Shown here piece after piece: positions 36,465 through 47,595 of a DNA stretch of 64,000 nucleotides. A program made the translations under genes and the position numbers. Each line of letters starts with the position of its first letter. Position 1 is the first letter of the stretch. Source of the DNA: a virus. Taxonomy: Duplodnaviria > Caudoviricetes. Location: IMG/VR virus record IMGVR_UViG_2524614847_000002, positions 4,318-68,317 of that record; one strand, 5' to 3'. The notes under the pieces are model-generated. The model was not told the origin of the DNA, searched no databases, and saw only the letters and a list, made by a program, of their open reading frames with translations.

Positions 36465-37535
36465 ATGGAGTTTTTTTCGAGATTGTTTAAAAAGAATGGA
36501 AATGAAAGCAGTACTATGGTTGAGAAAAAAGAAAATAAGGATAACGCAGATAACATACCTCTAGTAAATGTAAATGTCAGTTTTTCTGTTGGTCATAATG
36601 AATCGGAAATCCCTCTATTACAGGGTGATTACGCAAAAACGGTATTCCTGTGGGCATTTTCCAGGCCTGCACCTATTCGTTTGACAGATGGATATGCAGC
36701 ATATTTTCTGTATGAATGTGGAATAAGAGACTGTATTAAATATCATCAGGATATGATTAAAGACGGGTACATGATAGAGGCAGAACCTGTTGAAGTACTA
36801 AATTCTTTTAGAATTCCAGAGCTGAAGGAAATGCTGAAGGAATTAGATCAGTCGGTATCAGGCAAGAAGGCTGTATTGATAAATAGAATCCTTGAATCCG
36901 CTGGGGATGATTTTTTAAGAGTACATTGCTCGGAAAAACTATATAAATTATCCATGAAAGGATTATCGTTTCTGGAAGAACATGAGGATTATGTTCATGT
37001 ACATAGGCATAAAAATTGGGGTGTGTCATGGGAGGAGTATGACCGTTATGCAAAACATGATCAGGATTATCTTTCAACGATGTGGGTTATTTTTAATGAT
37101 AAGTTAAAAAATACGAGCCTTTTGGAGTCGAGAAATCTTTACCATTACCTTTATACGGTTCTTGTGGAACAAGGGAAAAGATCTGATGCTTTGGAAATGC
37201 TTTTGAAAGTCTTTTATCTAGACTTGAGTGGAGTGGACGTTCAGTCATTATTACATTTGTATCAGGAAGGATTTTATACAAAAAAGGATTTAAGAGAATA
37301 CTTCAATGTAGCTGTTATGCTTCCTCCCGGAAATGTTGCAGCTTTAGAGAAGTTTCAGGGTATATATGATTCAGAGATGATTGATCAGTTGTATATGTGG
37401 AAGCTTCCGGTGCAAATCTGTGATAAAGAGTTATTCCGCGAGATAATTGAAAGTGCAATTAATGGATTATTAGAAAGGGAACTTACAAATAAGAAATTAA
37501 AAACAGCATATGATAAGTTCATTGATGAACTATAA
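36465..37535 (+). CDS. SAP-domain protein
   Basis: LNSFRIPELKEMLKELDQSVSGKKAVLINRIL. Confidence 0.7.
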   Translation: MEFFSRLFKKNGNESSTMVEKKENKDNADNIPLVNVNVSFSVGHNESEIPLLQGDYAKTVFLWAFSRPAPIRLTDGYAAYFLYECGIRDCIKYHQDMIKDGYMIEAEPVEVLNSFRIPELKEMLKELDQSVSGKKAVLINRILESAGDDFLRVHCSEKLYKLSMKGLSFLEEHEDYVHVHRHKNWGVSWEEYDRYAKHDQDYLSTMWVIFNDKLKNTSLLESRNLYHYLYTVLVEQGKRSDALEMLLKVFYLDLSGVDVQSLLHLYQEGFYTKKDLREYFNVAVMLPPGNVAALEKFQGIYDSEMIDQLYMWKLPVQICDKELFREIIESAINGLLERELTNKKLKTAYDKFIDEL

Positions 37536-37552
37536 GATTAGGGGGGATTTAT

Positions 37553-40500
37553 ATGAATTGGAGAGCACTGTTTAAAGTTAATATATTAAATGGCGCAGAA
37601 GACTATATCAAGAGTAATTCTGTCCGTGAATTTCAAATAAGCGAAGGGCACGTTACTGCAGAAGTAGCAGGGATTGAAAATTATCATGTTGAAATTAGCT
37701 TAGTAGAGAACGAAGTTCCTAAGATGAGCTGCGATTGTCCATACGCTGAGGCTGGAAGTAATTGTAACCATATGGCAGCAGTCATGCTTGCATGGGAAAA
37801 TGCCATATCATCAGAGCAAGGGACTAGGGCAGAAATTCATTCAGAAGAAGAAACCAATGCAAATGTTACGGTAGATAATAATCTGGATTTATATTCTTCA
37901 CAGGATATAGAGATTCAAGATTCTATGGAGATGGTTTCTGAAGAGGAAAAGAAGGAAATCATCCAGAGGGAGAAAAGCAGATTAGAGCTCTCTTGCGAAA
38001 TAGATGATGTATTGACCTATGCAATACAGCATAATGGAGCTCACCTTGTTAGAAATATTTGTGTAAAAAATATTTCTGAGAATGATATTGATAACCTGGT
38101 TGTAAGGATTGATTCTAATAATGAACTGGTAGAATTATTTGAATTTGGACTTCAAAAAATAAAACCGGGTGAAGAGCTCCATTTTAAGAATTTTGAGGTT
38201 GGAATTAATGCGGATTATCTTGCGTCGCTGACCGAAAGATGTATTTGTAAATTAAAAATAAAGGTATGCCAGGAAGAAGAGGTTCTTGTTTCAGAAACAA
38301 AAGATATTGCTGTGCTTGCATTTGATCAGTGGCCGGGATTACAATATACTCCTGAGCTTTTGGCAGCTTTCGCTATGCCAAATCATCCTGTTGTTATCAG
38401 TCTCTTACAGTTGGCTTCAAAATATCTGGATAAATGGACCCATGAGCCTTCGCTGGCCGGATATCAGTTTGAAGATCCAAATCGCGTAAAGACAATGGCG
38501 GCAGCTGCTTATGCAGCAATCCAACAGAAAAATATTACTTATGCCGAACCTCCTTCAAGCTTTGAGGTCTTTGGACAGCGCATTAGATTAGCTGATGCAG
38601 TGTTAGATCAGCATATGGGAACTTGTATGGACATGTCACTTCTATATGTGGCATGTCTGGAAGCTATGGGACTAAATCCTGTTATGATCATGATGAAAGG
38701 CCATATATTTGCAGGTGTATGGCTGATTGAAGAATCATTCGCTGATATGGTCATGGATGATCCTTCTCAATTGGAAAAAAGAATGTCAAAGGGCATACAT
38801 GAACTCATTGTTGTAGAGTGTACAGCAATGTGCGCAGGAAAGACCCGTAGTTTTGATGAGGCAATTACTCTGGCAGAGCATCATGTATCTGGCTATGGAA
38901 ATTTTGCTTTCGTTATTGATGTACGAAGGGCAAGAAGCATGGGCATTCGACCTTTGCCGGTTCGGGTAAGAACGGATGCAGGCTTCCAAGTTCTGCATGA
39001 AGACAGGAAAGAAAAAGACATTACCAATGCTCCGGAGGCAATTGGAGAAACTTTTAATCTATCATTTTCAGGGGAAAAGAAACAGGTTACTAAGCAGATA
39101 CAATGGGAGCGTAAACTTCTTGATATAAGTATGCGAAATATGCTTATTAATTTACGTATGACTAAAGCGGTTGTTCCGTTACTTTCTTCAGATGCAGGAA
39201 TATTGGAAGATGCATTGGCAGACGGTGAAGAATTTCAGGTGTTGCCAAGACCTGCAGATATGTCTGTCTATGGAGATGGTGGGGTTCCTGTTGAAGCCCT
39301 GGGTGAGTTGGGGCCATTTGCTGATTTTATTGCACTGGAGAGTAAACACCGTAGGCTTCATTCCATATATACAGAAAAAGAACTTGGCGTGTGCCTTACC
39401 AAGATGTATCGATCTGCAAAGGCATCAATGGAAGAAAACGGAGCCAATACACTCTATCTTGCATTGGGACTACTGCGTTGGTTTGAGGGAAAGAAAGAAA
39501 CAGCTGCCAGATATGCTCCAATTGTTCTTGTACCAATTGATATTAATCGCAAATCTGCAAGTAAGGGTTATGTGATGCATATGCGCGACGAAGATTCACA
39601 GATTAACATAACTCTTCTTGAATTTCTAAAGCAAAATTTTGGTACTCAGATTTTCGGATTGAATCCGCTCCCCATGGATGAACATGGTTTGAATATGCCT
39701 AAGATTTTTGCAATAGTACGTCATGCGATTATGAATCTACCTATGTGGGATGTGGTGGAGGCTGGAGTTATTGGAAACTTCTCTTTTTCACAATTTGTTA
39801 TGTGGAATGACATCCATAGCAGAGCAGATTTTCTGGAAAACAATAAGATTGTCCGCAGTCTTATCAAGGGATCAGTGGACTGGGATTGTACAATTCCCGA
39901 CCGCGTAGATATAAATGAAGCATATCTACCGGTGACAGTTGATTCTTCGCAACTTAGAGCAATTAATATGGCAGCAGAAGGAGTCAGCTTTGTTCTTCAC
40001 GGACCGCCGGGAACAGGAAAATCCCAGACTATCACGGCAATGCTAGCCAATGCGCTGACTAAGGGTAAAACTATGCTTTTTGTGGCAGAAAAGATGGCCG
40101 CGCTTGAGGTGGTACAAAAACGTCTAACTGCACTTGGCATTCAGGATTTCTGTTTGGAGCTTCATTCAAACAAGGCAACGAAAAAGGCAGTATTGGATCA
40201 GTTGAAACGTGGTTTGGAAATCGGTGTATGGGGAATGCAGACAAATTATGATAAGAAGATTCAGGATATCCGTAGGATGAGAACTGACCTGGATGCATAT
40301 GTTAAAGTGCTGCATGTCCAGAGGCCCTTTGGAAAGAGCTTGCGTCAGCTTATGGATATCTATGAGATGGTGCCTGCTCCTGAACAATATATCAGGTTTG
40401 ATCATACATATGCAAGTGCGTTGACGGAAAGCAGTCTGGATCATCATGTTCAAAGCCTGGAGAGATTAATTGCAGCGGGTAAAGTGATCGGTCACCCATA

Positions 40501-43500
40501 TAATCATCCGCTGGCCGCAGTTCATCAGGAAGAATACAGTCAGAGTCTGAAGTTTGATCTAGAGGATATTGTTACTGCATATAAAACTTCTTTAGAGAAG
40601 TTCAGAAATGATGTACTTTCCTTTGTTCGGTTGCTGGAATTAGAAGAGCCTGTTAAAGAACGTGAGTGGAAAGATGTCTGTAATTATGCCTGCAGTGTTA
40701 TTGCTGCAGAAGAAATCCCCGCATTCCTGAGAAATGCGGATTCTATTGATAGAGAATTTTCTAATCCTAAAGATTACATGGAGAAGTGGGCTGCGCTTGT
40801 TTCCAAGAAAGCAATACTCATGCAGCAGTGGAACGAAAATTTCCTTCGTATGGATATGAGTGGCTTCAGGGAAACGTATGATAAGGCTAATAAGAAAATA
40901 TTTGGGAAAGGAAGGGCGCTCGATACATTGACTGCGGAACTGCAGGCTTATGCATTTTTTAAAGTTGAGACAGATAAAATACCAGTTTATTTGACGGATA
41001 TTACTTTTTATAAACAAGAAGCGGATGAGATGGAAACTCTGGAATCTCAGCTACAATATGAATGGAAGATATTGCTTCAAGAATATCCAACTAAAGAAGC
41101 ATTGCTGCAATATCAGGAGAGAGTGAAAGCTCAGATTCAGATTATGCAGCAGTTCTCAAAACAAATAAAAAAGCTGGAATCAGATGGTTCTTTGGATGCA
41201 TGTATTCAGTTGGCAAAAGATATTATCACTGACTTAGATACTGTAAAGCAGAAGGAAGTAGCAGCAACTAAATTATTGAATCTGGTATTTGCTGCTGATG
41301 ATGGTAATTGGATTGAAAACCGACTAATTCTTTGTCATTGTATTATGGAAAATTCTTCATCTATTAAGGATTGGATTGTATTTAGGCAGTTTACCAAAGA
41401 ATGCAGAGATAGAGGGCTTGCACCTGTTTGCGATGCTTATGAAGCGGGTATGCCTCATGATCAGGTGATGAATGCTTATCTCAAATCGATATACAGGGGC
41501 ATTATTTTGTCTGTTATTGAAAATGAGCCTGTTTTAAATGGATTTACAGGTACAGGGTTTAATGAACGGATTTCACAGTTTAAGAAACTGGATCAGGAAT
41601 TTATGGAACTAACTAAAGAAGAAATGTTCTATAAGCTGACTCATCAACTGCCGACAGGGTATGAATCTGTACAAATAAGCAAAGAATTAAATATATTACG
41701 CAGAGCCATCAGCAGTAATGGGAGAGGACTGTCTATCAGAACGCTATTTGAACAGATTCCTCATGTTCTGAATAAACTCTGCCCATGTATGCTTATGAGT
41801 CCGATTTCAGTTGCTCAGTACATTACAGCGGAGAATAATCTGTTTGATATTGTAATCTTTGACGAGGCATCTCAGCTGCCTACTTGTAAGGCGGTAGGTG
41901 TACTTGCACGAGGAAGGAATGCAGTCATTGTTGGGGATCCGAATCAGATGCCGCCCACAAGCTTTTTTTCTGGAAATACTGTGGATGAAGACAATCTTGA
42001 TATAGAAGATTTGGATAGTATTTTAAACGACTGTTTGGCTCTTGGTATGCCACAGGCACATCTGCATTGGCATTATCGAAGCAGACATGAAAGCCTTATT
42101 TCTTTCAGTAATCAGGAATTTTATGAAAATTCTATGCTTACGTTCCCGTCTGTAAATGACCGGGAGAAATGCGTGAAGCTTATAAAAGTAGATGGATTCT
42201 TTGATCGTGGCAAAGGCCGTGTAAATGAAGGAGAGGCAAAAGCAATTGTAGAAGCGATTAAGCACAGATACTTTGATCCTGAATTGAAAACACAGACAAT
42301 TGGCGTGGTAACTTTTAATATCAGTCAGCAGACACTAATCGAGGATTTGCTGCAAGAAGAATATCAGAAGGATACAGCATTTGATAATTGGGCGAATATG
42401 GGAGAAGAAGCCATGTTTGTTAAGAATCTGGAAAATGTTCAAGGTGATGAGAGAGATGTCATTTTATTCTCTGTTGCTTTTGGTCCGGATGCAGAGGGTA
42501 AACTTTCACTTAATTTTGGACCTTTGAACAAAGATGGTGGCTGGAAGCGATTAAATGTGGCCGTTTCCCGTGCGAGAATGGAAATGGTGGTATTTACCAC
42601 TATGACAGCTGACATGATTAATTTGAAGCGCACGAAATCAAAGGGGGTTGAATCTTTTAAGAACTTTTTGGAGTTTGCCGAAAAAGGAAGACTTATAGGA
42701 GAATATGTTGATTCCAGGGTTCAAATGGATCAAGGTATTATGGAGCATATCTGTGAGCAGATTACAGATGTGGGATATAGATATCAAAAGTCATTAGGAC
42801 ATTCCAAGTTCAAAGTGGATATTGCTGTGATTAATCCATATAATGAGGAAGAGTATTTGCTTGGAATCATGCTGGATGGAGAATCATACAGGCGGTCTTC
42901 AAATACAAAAGACAGGGAGATTGCCCAAATCAGTGTGCTTGAAGGCCTGGGGTGGAAGCTTCACCGAATCTGGACGATGGATTGGTGGGATAATCGAGAG
43001 AAAGAAATATCTAGGTTATTGCAGCTTTTGGAACAGGAAAAAGAGAATGCATATGCCAAATATCAAGAGCTGCATAAGGATGCTCAGGAGTTAAAAGTTA
43101 ATCTGCCAGACGGTATTGGTGAAATAGCGAATGATACCCAGAATATTTCTGAGCTCGGATCTGAAGAAGAAAATTCATCAACAATATGTGAAGACTCTTT
43201 GAAATTTGTTGATGAGGATAGATTTGAATCTGAAGTTTTAGAGGGTTCATCGATTAATCGAGGGGAGACTAAAAAAATAGAGGAAACCGTGGAGCAGATA
43301 CAGAAGGTGGTTATAGATATTGAGAATCGATTTGTTCCTAAGGTTCTGGTGGCGGATACAGCAGAATTAAGAGTAGCGGCAAAATCAGGAGATTATCAAA
43401 GTGGGATTATAGAAATTGATTCGAAATATCAGGAGTATGAAGTGGAAGATTATATACCGGCTGATGTTGAAGTCACACCTATATCAACCACTGATTATGT

Positions 43501-44011
43501 ATTGAAGGACTCTATGGCAATGATTACTGCAAGACTTCAAGAAATTATTAATATAGAGGCTCCGATTACTCATGACCGACTGGTAAGGAAGGCTTTGCGT
43601 TCCTTTGATATTGGACGCTCCAGCGCCCAGACGCTTGAGGCAACGGATAAAGCCTTAAAAAAGGCTGAATATAATAATAATAAACAGGGTGGTGTTAAAG
43701 TTTATTGGAGAAAAGATCAGGATTCTGATACTTATAGGATTTATCGAAGTGATGGAAATTCAGATGAGAAGAGGTCTCCAGATGAAATTTGTCAACAGGA
43801 ACTAAAAAATGCCATATGTGTTACCTTGTATGAAAAGGGAGTTTTAGACAAAGATTCTCTTGTAAAGGAGACTATTCGTACAATGGGTTATGGCAGAAGC
43901 GGCGCAGCGCTAGTTGCAGCTGTAGAGAGAGGCTTGAAGTTTGGAAGAAAGACCGGAGAAATTGCAATAGATGGACAGAAGAACTTTATTTTGAAGGATA
44001 TAACCTCATAA
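37553..44011 (+). CDS. SWIM / transglutaminase-like / DUF4011 / SF1 helicase / Vsr-like nuclease / DUF3320 protein (Hhe-like defence)
   Basis: CDCPY...CNH; GTCMD...GHIFAG; WERKLLDISMRNMLIN; GPPGTGKS; FDEASQ; VGDPNQMPP; NVQGDERD; RLNVAVSRA; GWKLHRIWTMDW. Confidence 0.85.
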   Translation: MNWRALFKVNILNGAEDYIKSNSVREFQISEGHVTAEVAGIENYHVEISLVENEVPKMSCDCPYAEAGSNCNHMAAVMLAWENAISSEQGTRAEIHSEEETNANVTVDNNLDLYSSQDIEIQDSMEMVSEEEKKEIIQREKSRLELSCEIDDVLTYAIQHNGAHLVRNICVKNISENDIDNLVVRIDSNNELVELFEFGLQKIKPGEELHFKNFEVGINADYLASLTERCICKLKIKVCQEEEVLVSETKDIAVLAFDQWPGLQYTPELLAAFAMPNHPVVISLLQLASKYLDKWTHEPSLAGYQFEDPNRVKTMAAAAYAAIQQKNITYAEPPSSFEVFGQRIRLADAVLDQHMGTCMDMSLLYVACLEAMGLNPVMIMMKGHIFAGVWLIEESFADMVMDDPSQLEKRMSKGIHELIVVECTAMCAGKTRSFDEAITLAEHHVSGYGNFAFVIDVRRARSMGIRPLPVRVRTDAGFQVLHEDRKEKDITNAPEAIGETFNLSFSGEKKQVTKQIQWERKLLDISMRNMLINLRMTKAVVPLLSSDAGILEDALADGEEFQVLPRPADMSVYGDGGVPVEALGELGPFADFIALESKHRRLHSIYTEKELGVCLTKMYRSAKASMEENGANTLYLALGLLRWFEGKKETAARYAPIVLVPIDINRKSASKGYVMHMRDEDSQINITLLEFLKQNFGTQIFGLNPLPMDEHGLNMPKIFAIVRHAIMNLPMWDVVEAGVIGNFSFSQFVMWNDIHSRADFLENNKIVRSLIKGSVDWDCTIPDRVDINEAYLPVTVDSSQLRAINMAAEGVSFVLHGPPGTGKSQTITAMLANALTKGKTMLFVAEKMAALEVVQKRLTALGIQDFCLELHSNKATKKAVLDQLKRGLEIGVWGMQTNYDKKIQDIRRMRTDLDAYVKVLHVQRPFGKSLRQLMDIYEMVPAPEQYIRFDHTYASALTESSLDHHVQSLERLIAAGKVIGHPYNHPLAAVHQEEYSQSLKFDLEDIVTAYKTSLEKFRNDVLSFVRLLELEEPVKEREWKDVCNYACSVIAAEEIPAFLRNADSIDREFSNPKDYMEKWAALVSKKAILMQQWNENFLRMDMSGFRETYDKANKKIFGKGRALDTLTAELQAYAFFKVETDKIPVYLTDITFYKQEADEMETLESQLQYEWKILLQEYPTKEALLQYQERVKAQIQIMQQFSKQIKKLESDGSLDACIQLAKDIITDLDTVKQKEVAATKLLNLVFAADDGNWIENRLILCHCIMENSSSIKDWIVFRQFTKECRDRGLAPVCDAYEAGMPHDQVMNAYLKSIYRGIILSVIENEPVLNGFTGTGFNERISQFKKLDQEFMELTKEEMFYKLTHQLPTGYESVQISKELNILRRAISSNGRGLSIRTLFEQIPHVLNKLCPCMLMSPISVAQYITAENNLFDIVIFDEASQLPTCKAVGVLARGRNAVIVGDPNQMPPTSFFSGNTVDEDNLDIEDLDSILNDCLALGMPQAHLHWHYRSRHESLISFSNQEFYENSMLTFPSVNDREKCVKLIKVDGFFDRGKGRVNEGEAKAIVEAIKHRYFDPELKTQTIGVVTFNISQQTLIEDLLQEEYQKDTAFDNWANMGEEAMFVKNLENVQGDERDVILFSVAFGPDAEGKLSLNFGPLNKDGGWKRLNVAVSRARMEMVVFTTMTADMINLKRTKSKGVESFKNFLEFAEKGRLIGEYVDSRVQMDQGIMEHICEQITDVGYRYQKSLGHSKFKVDIAVINPYNEEEYLLGIMLDGESYRRSSNTKDREIAQISVLEGLGWKLHRIWTMDWWDNREKEISRLLQLLEQEKENAYAKYQELHKDAQELKVNLPDGIGEIANDTQNISELGSEEENSSTICEDSLKFVDEDRFESEVLEGSSINRGETKKIEETVEQIQKVVIDIENRFVPKVLVADTAELRVAAKSGDYQSGIIEIDSKYQEYEVEDYIPADVEVTPISTTDYVLKDSMAMITARLQEIINIEAPITHDRLVRKALRSFDIGRSSAQTLEATDKALKKAEYNNNKQGGVKVYWRKDQDSDTYRIYRSDGNSDEKRSPDEICQQELKNAICVTLYEKGVLDKDSLVKETIRTMGYGRSGAALVAAVERGLKFGRKTGEIAIDGQKNFILKDITS

Positions 44012-44380
44012 TATTTAATATTCAAATCGATTAAAATAGAAATGAACTAAATAATTTATTGAGTCAGTTAAATCGGAATGTTGCTCTTATTAGACAGTAA
44101 TACATACGTTCCTACTATGATGATATCCACATATTAGAGCTTTTATTTTCTATAGGCAGAAATATCTACAACGAGATAGTACCAATTAGATTCGGTGACT
44201 TTTGATGAATTGCTTTTGGTAGTGGAATATCTAACTGCTAAATGAAACTTATATCATTCAGTTTATGAACGGCTAAATAGTTCCAAACTGATATGGTTCA
44301 AATTTTATGTAGAGTAGATGGTGTATTATACTGTGTGTGTTGTAAAATGATTGGAGAAAATCAAGTTGGAATGAGGACTA

Positions 44381-45631
44381 TTAATGAAGAATAGTCCTCA
44401 TTTTTTCAGCTGTACTATCGATTTCGATAATATTTTTCAGATAGTGGTGACTCATGCTTAAGGTAGAATGCCCTAACAGCTTTTGAAGCTCTGTATCCTT
44501 TACACCATTCTTATACATAATGGAAGCAGTTGAAAATCTTAATTTATGAGAAGATCGATATTCAATACCAAGCTCATCACAACACCTTTTTAAATGGCGA
44601 TTAAAAGTACATGTAGATAGTGGCTGTCCATTTCGTATAAAGATATAATCACTGTCAGGGTTCAGTTGTCTCACTATTTCTAGGATTTCTTTTGCTGTTG
44701 GTGTAAGAGGCATTAATCGTTTGCCTTCTTTGGCATGCCCCTTAATATCTTCAACAATTTGATTATCATTATCTACAAATCGTTGGATACGGATATAGTC
44801 ATTGCTAATGTCACTCCATTTTAACCCTTTAAGTTCTCCGATTCGCAATACCAGGTGAAAATCAAACTTTATAGCAAGAGAATAAAAATCCTCATCGTCT
44901 AAGTGATTAATAATAAGCAGGCGTTCTTCCTCCGTATAAGGTTTTATGACTGTATTCTCCGATTTATATGCAAATTGTCTGTAGTTAATATCCTGCAGGC
45001 AGTTATGTTCAATTATCCCCCTTTCAACACAGAGATATAGCATAGAATTCATTATACTTTTTAAATCATTAAAACGTTTTCGGGTCAACTGCCGGTCCTT
45101 TGTAATTCTGCGGAAGAAAGCTATGTAATCTTGAACCTTTATGTTAGATAAAGGTATCTTAGTAATGTCATCATCCTTAAGAAGGGCATTCCAGAGGAAA
45201 TAATTCTCTTTGATGGTTTTCTTTGAAACGCTTGTCTCTTCATCACGCCATTTTTGCCAATCAGGAAAGAAGGTCTCAAGTGTGGTTTGCTTTAGTCCAA
45301 AAAAGTATTCGTAAAGCTTATCGATTAAACCAACATAGCTGTTGCTGGTTATTGGCTTACGTTTGATGATGAGATAGATCCTGCCATCGTCAGAACGTAC
45401 TTTGATTTTAGATAAATTACATATATTTGCTACTTTTTCCTCCTTTTCTGAATAATCCACTATGATTTTAGCGCGTGCTGCAATTGATAACGTTCTACCT
45501 TGTCCGCCCAGCTGCAGCAGTTGGCTAATAGCCAAATCGCTTGCACTGGTAAGAGGCGCTGACGGATTGTCAGCAAGTATGCTTGCAATTGCTTCATTTT
45601 GTTCTTTAAAAGTATTTACTTTTCTTGACAC
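44381..45631 (-). CDS. Tyrosine integrase (copy B)
   Basis: LRIGEL, HKLRFS, LGHS, HHYL; clear paralogue of 34974..36104. Confidence 0.9.
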   Translation of the reverse strand: MSRKVNTFKEQNEAIASILADNPSAPLTSASDLAISQLLQLGGQGRTLSIAARAKIIVDYSEKEEKVANICNLSKIKVRSDDGRIYLIIKRKPITSNSYVGLIDKLYEYFFGLKQTTLETFFPDWQKWRDEETSVSKKTIKENYFLWNALLKDDDITKIPLSNIKVQDYIAFFRRITKDRQLTRKRFNDLKSIMNSMLYLCVERGIIEHNCLQDINYRQFAYKSENTVIKPYTEEERLLIINHLDDEDFYSLAIKFDFHLVLRIGELKGLKWSDISNDYIRIQRFVDNDNQIVEDIKGHAKEGKRLMPLTPTAKEILEIVRQLNPDSDYIFIRNGQPLSTCTFNRHLKRCCDELGIEYRSSHKLRFSTASIMYKNGVKDTELQKLLGHSTLSMSHHYLKNIIEIDSTAEKMRTILH

Positions 45632-45675
45632 TCCGTCTTCACCTCCGTTCTTAATGTATTTTGCTTATTAATAAG

Positions 45676-47487
45676 CTATATAGGTAATAAGTCAAGTTTC
45701 AACCAATTTAGTATTTTACGCGGAAACTGGACAACGTTTTTTTTCCTGACTTGACCATTCAAGTCTGTTAGATAAGCGGTGGAGCAATAGGAGTACTCTT
45801 TTGGTTTGTGTAGTAAGTCTCGCATGAATAACTGGTCCAAAATTTCTTTTTTGTGTACGTTGCAATCCAACAGTGGTTTTAAAATGAGAGATAATGTGTC
45901 TGATGAGATTGCAATATAATCATCAGAGTAAAATATTTGATTTCCTAGATTACAATCATCAATTGACGCATTCTCATAATAAGCTTTATATCTGCTCTCA
46001 TCTTTAAAGAACTCTCTGAAAGAACTTTTAATATGTGAATCTAATCCGCAACCAGCTTCATATTTATTTTGTTTACTTAAATAAGCTATACTATTTTCCC
46101 AAATCAGATCATTATTAAATGATAGATTTACACTTAAAAATGATTGTAGGAGGCTAGTAACTTTATGAATACATTTAGCCGTTTGCTTATTTTCTGGATC
46201 CAGTACCAAGTCTATTGGTTCAACTGTAGATACCAGTATTTCCTCCTGATTTTTTTCTAAAAAACCTACCCATTTCAAAATAAAATTATTAAAAAAAGGT
46301 ATCATGCCTCTATAATTATGATTAACCTCTTTAAAGTTTGAAGTGTCTATAATAATAGCTTTGCTTATTTTGGTTTGGAACAGAGGCATGTTGATTATCA
46401 TAGGTACAGATAAATTATTTTTTGCATTAAAACCACTGTTCACAGTCAATAACGTATCGTAATTAACCAATCTGTATTTATCCCACTCACTATTTCCACT
46501 TAAATGATAGAATGGCTGAATCCCACTGATTGTTTCTTCTAAAACCACCTTGAATGCAGATGGAGTAGTGGATAAATGATATTTCATTTGTACTCCTTTA
46601 TTAAATACCTTTAAAAAGTTATTAATAATGTCCTCTGATACTTCTATATTACCAATAAAATGAATGGTTTTATCCAGTTCATATTTGTTTGCCTTTAAAA
46701 GCGGAAAGATAGGCAGGTACGCAAATAAAAAGAGTAAAAAACTTTGTTCGCACACATCTTCAGTTAAGGAAGCAAGATAATTCTTAATAACGTTGTATGA
46801 TAATTGCAAACTTATCTCTGATGGAGTCTCCAGTGAGGAGTTATCCCAATCACCATAAGTAAAAGGACTTATTGTTCTATAATTATCTCTATGGCAAAAC
46901 ATCCATCTATTATTAGCTAGGTTAAACCCTCTTGTAATAGTTGGGTACCTCTCTGCTTGCAGCAGTCTTTGGGAAATAAAGTTCTCAAAGCAATATTTTG
47001 TCTCTCCCGTCACTTTAAATACTACGGGATAACCGTTAGCTGTTAACTGACGAAATACCTTACCAGTTGATAACTCTGATGTATCAAAAATAACAGTACG
47101 TTCATATGACAAGTGGGTGAACTTAACTGCAGCTTTTTGCCCATCAGATGAAACATAATAATTTTGAATTAAGCAGCTTGAGAATGTATAATCTACAAAA
47201 CTACGACTTTTTTGTATCCTAATAATGTAAATACCGTTCTTAAGGTATATGTACCGCATTTCATTCTCAGCGCCAAGTGAGCGAAGCTCACTTTCTTTAA
47301 CCACTTCTCCCATTTGAGAATCTATTATATCTTCTTCTTCATGCTTTATTGTATTTTGGTTATCATCAAAGAAGTCTTTGATTTTATTATCAGAACTCTT
47401 TGTTATAGAAGAGGTTAACCAGGGATTTGTAAAAGGATATCCGAAACCAGCTGGAATACCTTGGTTGCAGATTATTTTGTCATCCAT
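45676..47487 (-). CDS. Hypothetical protein (possibly the element's replication protein)
   Basis: 603-aa ORF with AAGGAG RBS, co-oriented upstream of the integrase; no motif recognised. Confidence 0.6.
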   Translation of the reverse strand: MDDKIICNQGIPAGFGYPFTNPWLTSSITKSSDNKIKDFFDDNQNTIKHEEEDIIDSQMGEVVKESELRSLGAENEMRYIYLKNGIYIIRIQKSRSFVDYTFSSCLIQNYYVSSDGQKAAVKFTHLSYERTVIFDTSELSTGKVFRQLTANGYPVVFKVTGETKYCFENFISQRLLQAERYPTITRGFNLANNRWMFCHRDNYRTISPFTYGDWDNSSLETPSEISLQLSYNVIKNYLASLTEDVCEQSFLLFLFAYLPIFPLLKANKYELDKTIHFIGNIEVSEDIINNFLKVFNKGVQMKYHLSTTPSAFKVVLEETISGIQPFYHLSGNSEWDKYRLVNYDTLLTVNSGFNAKNNLSVPMIINMPLFQTKISKAIIIDTSNFKEVNHNYRGMIPFFNNFILKWVGFLEKNQEEILVSTVEPIDLVLDPENKQTAKCIHKVTSLLQSFLSVNLSFNNDLIWENSIAYLSKQNKYEAGCGLDSHIKSSFREFFKDESRYKAYYENASIDDCNLGNQIFYSDDYIAISSDTLSLILKPLLDCNVHKKEILDQLFMRDLLHKPKEYSYCSTAYLTDLNGQVRKKNVVQFPRKILNWLKLDLLPI

Positions 47488-47595
47488 AATAATTCTCCTT
47501 TCAGTTTCTTTACATTTTTTATATAATTAGCTTATAAGAAAAACTAAAATTAGTCCCTGGCATTTGGGGGGCGATTTTAAAAAAGGAGGATTTGA

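Noticed and set aside
44290-44310. Second tRNA-derived att site before integrase B (GGTTCAAAT)
   Set aside because: No paired T-stem or acceptor match to the 34837-34860 core.
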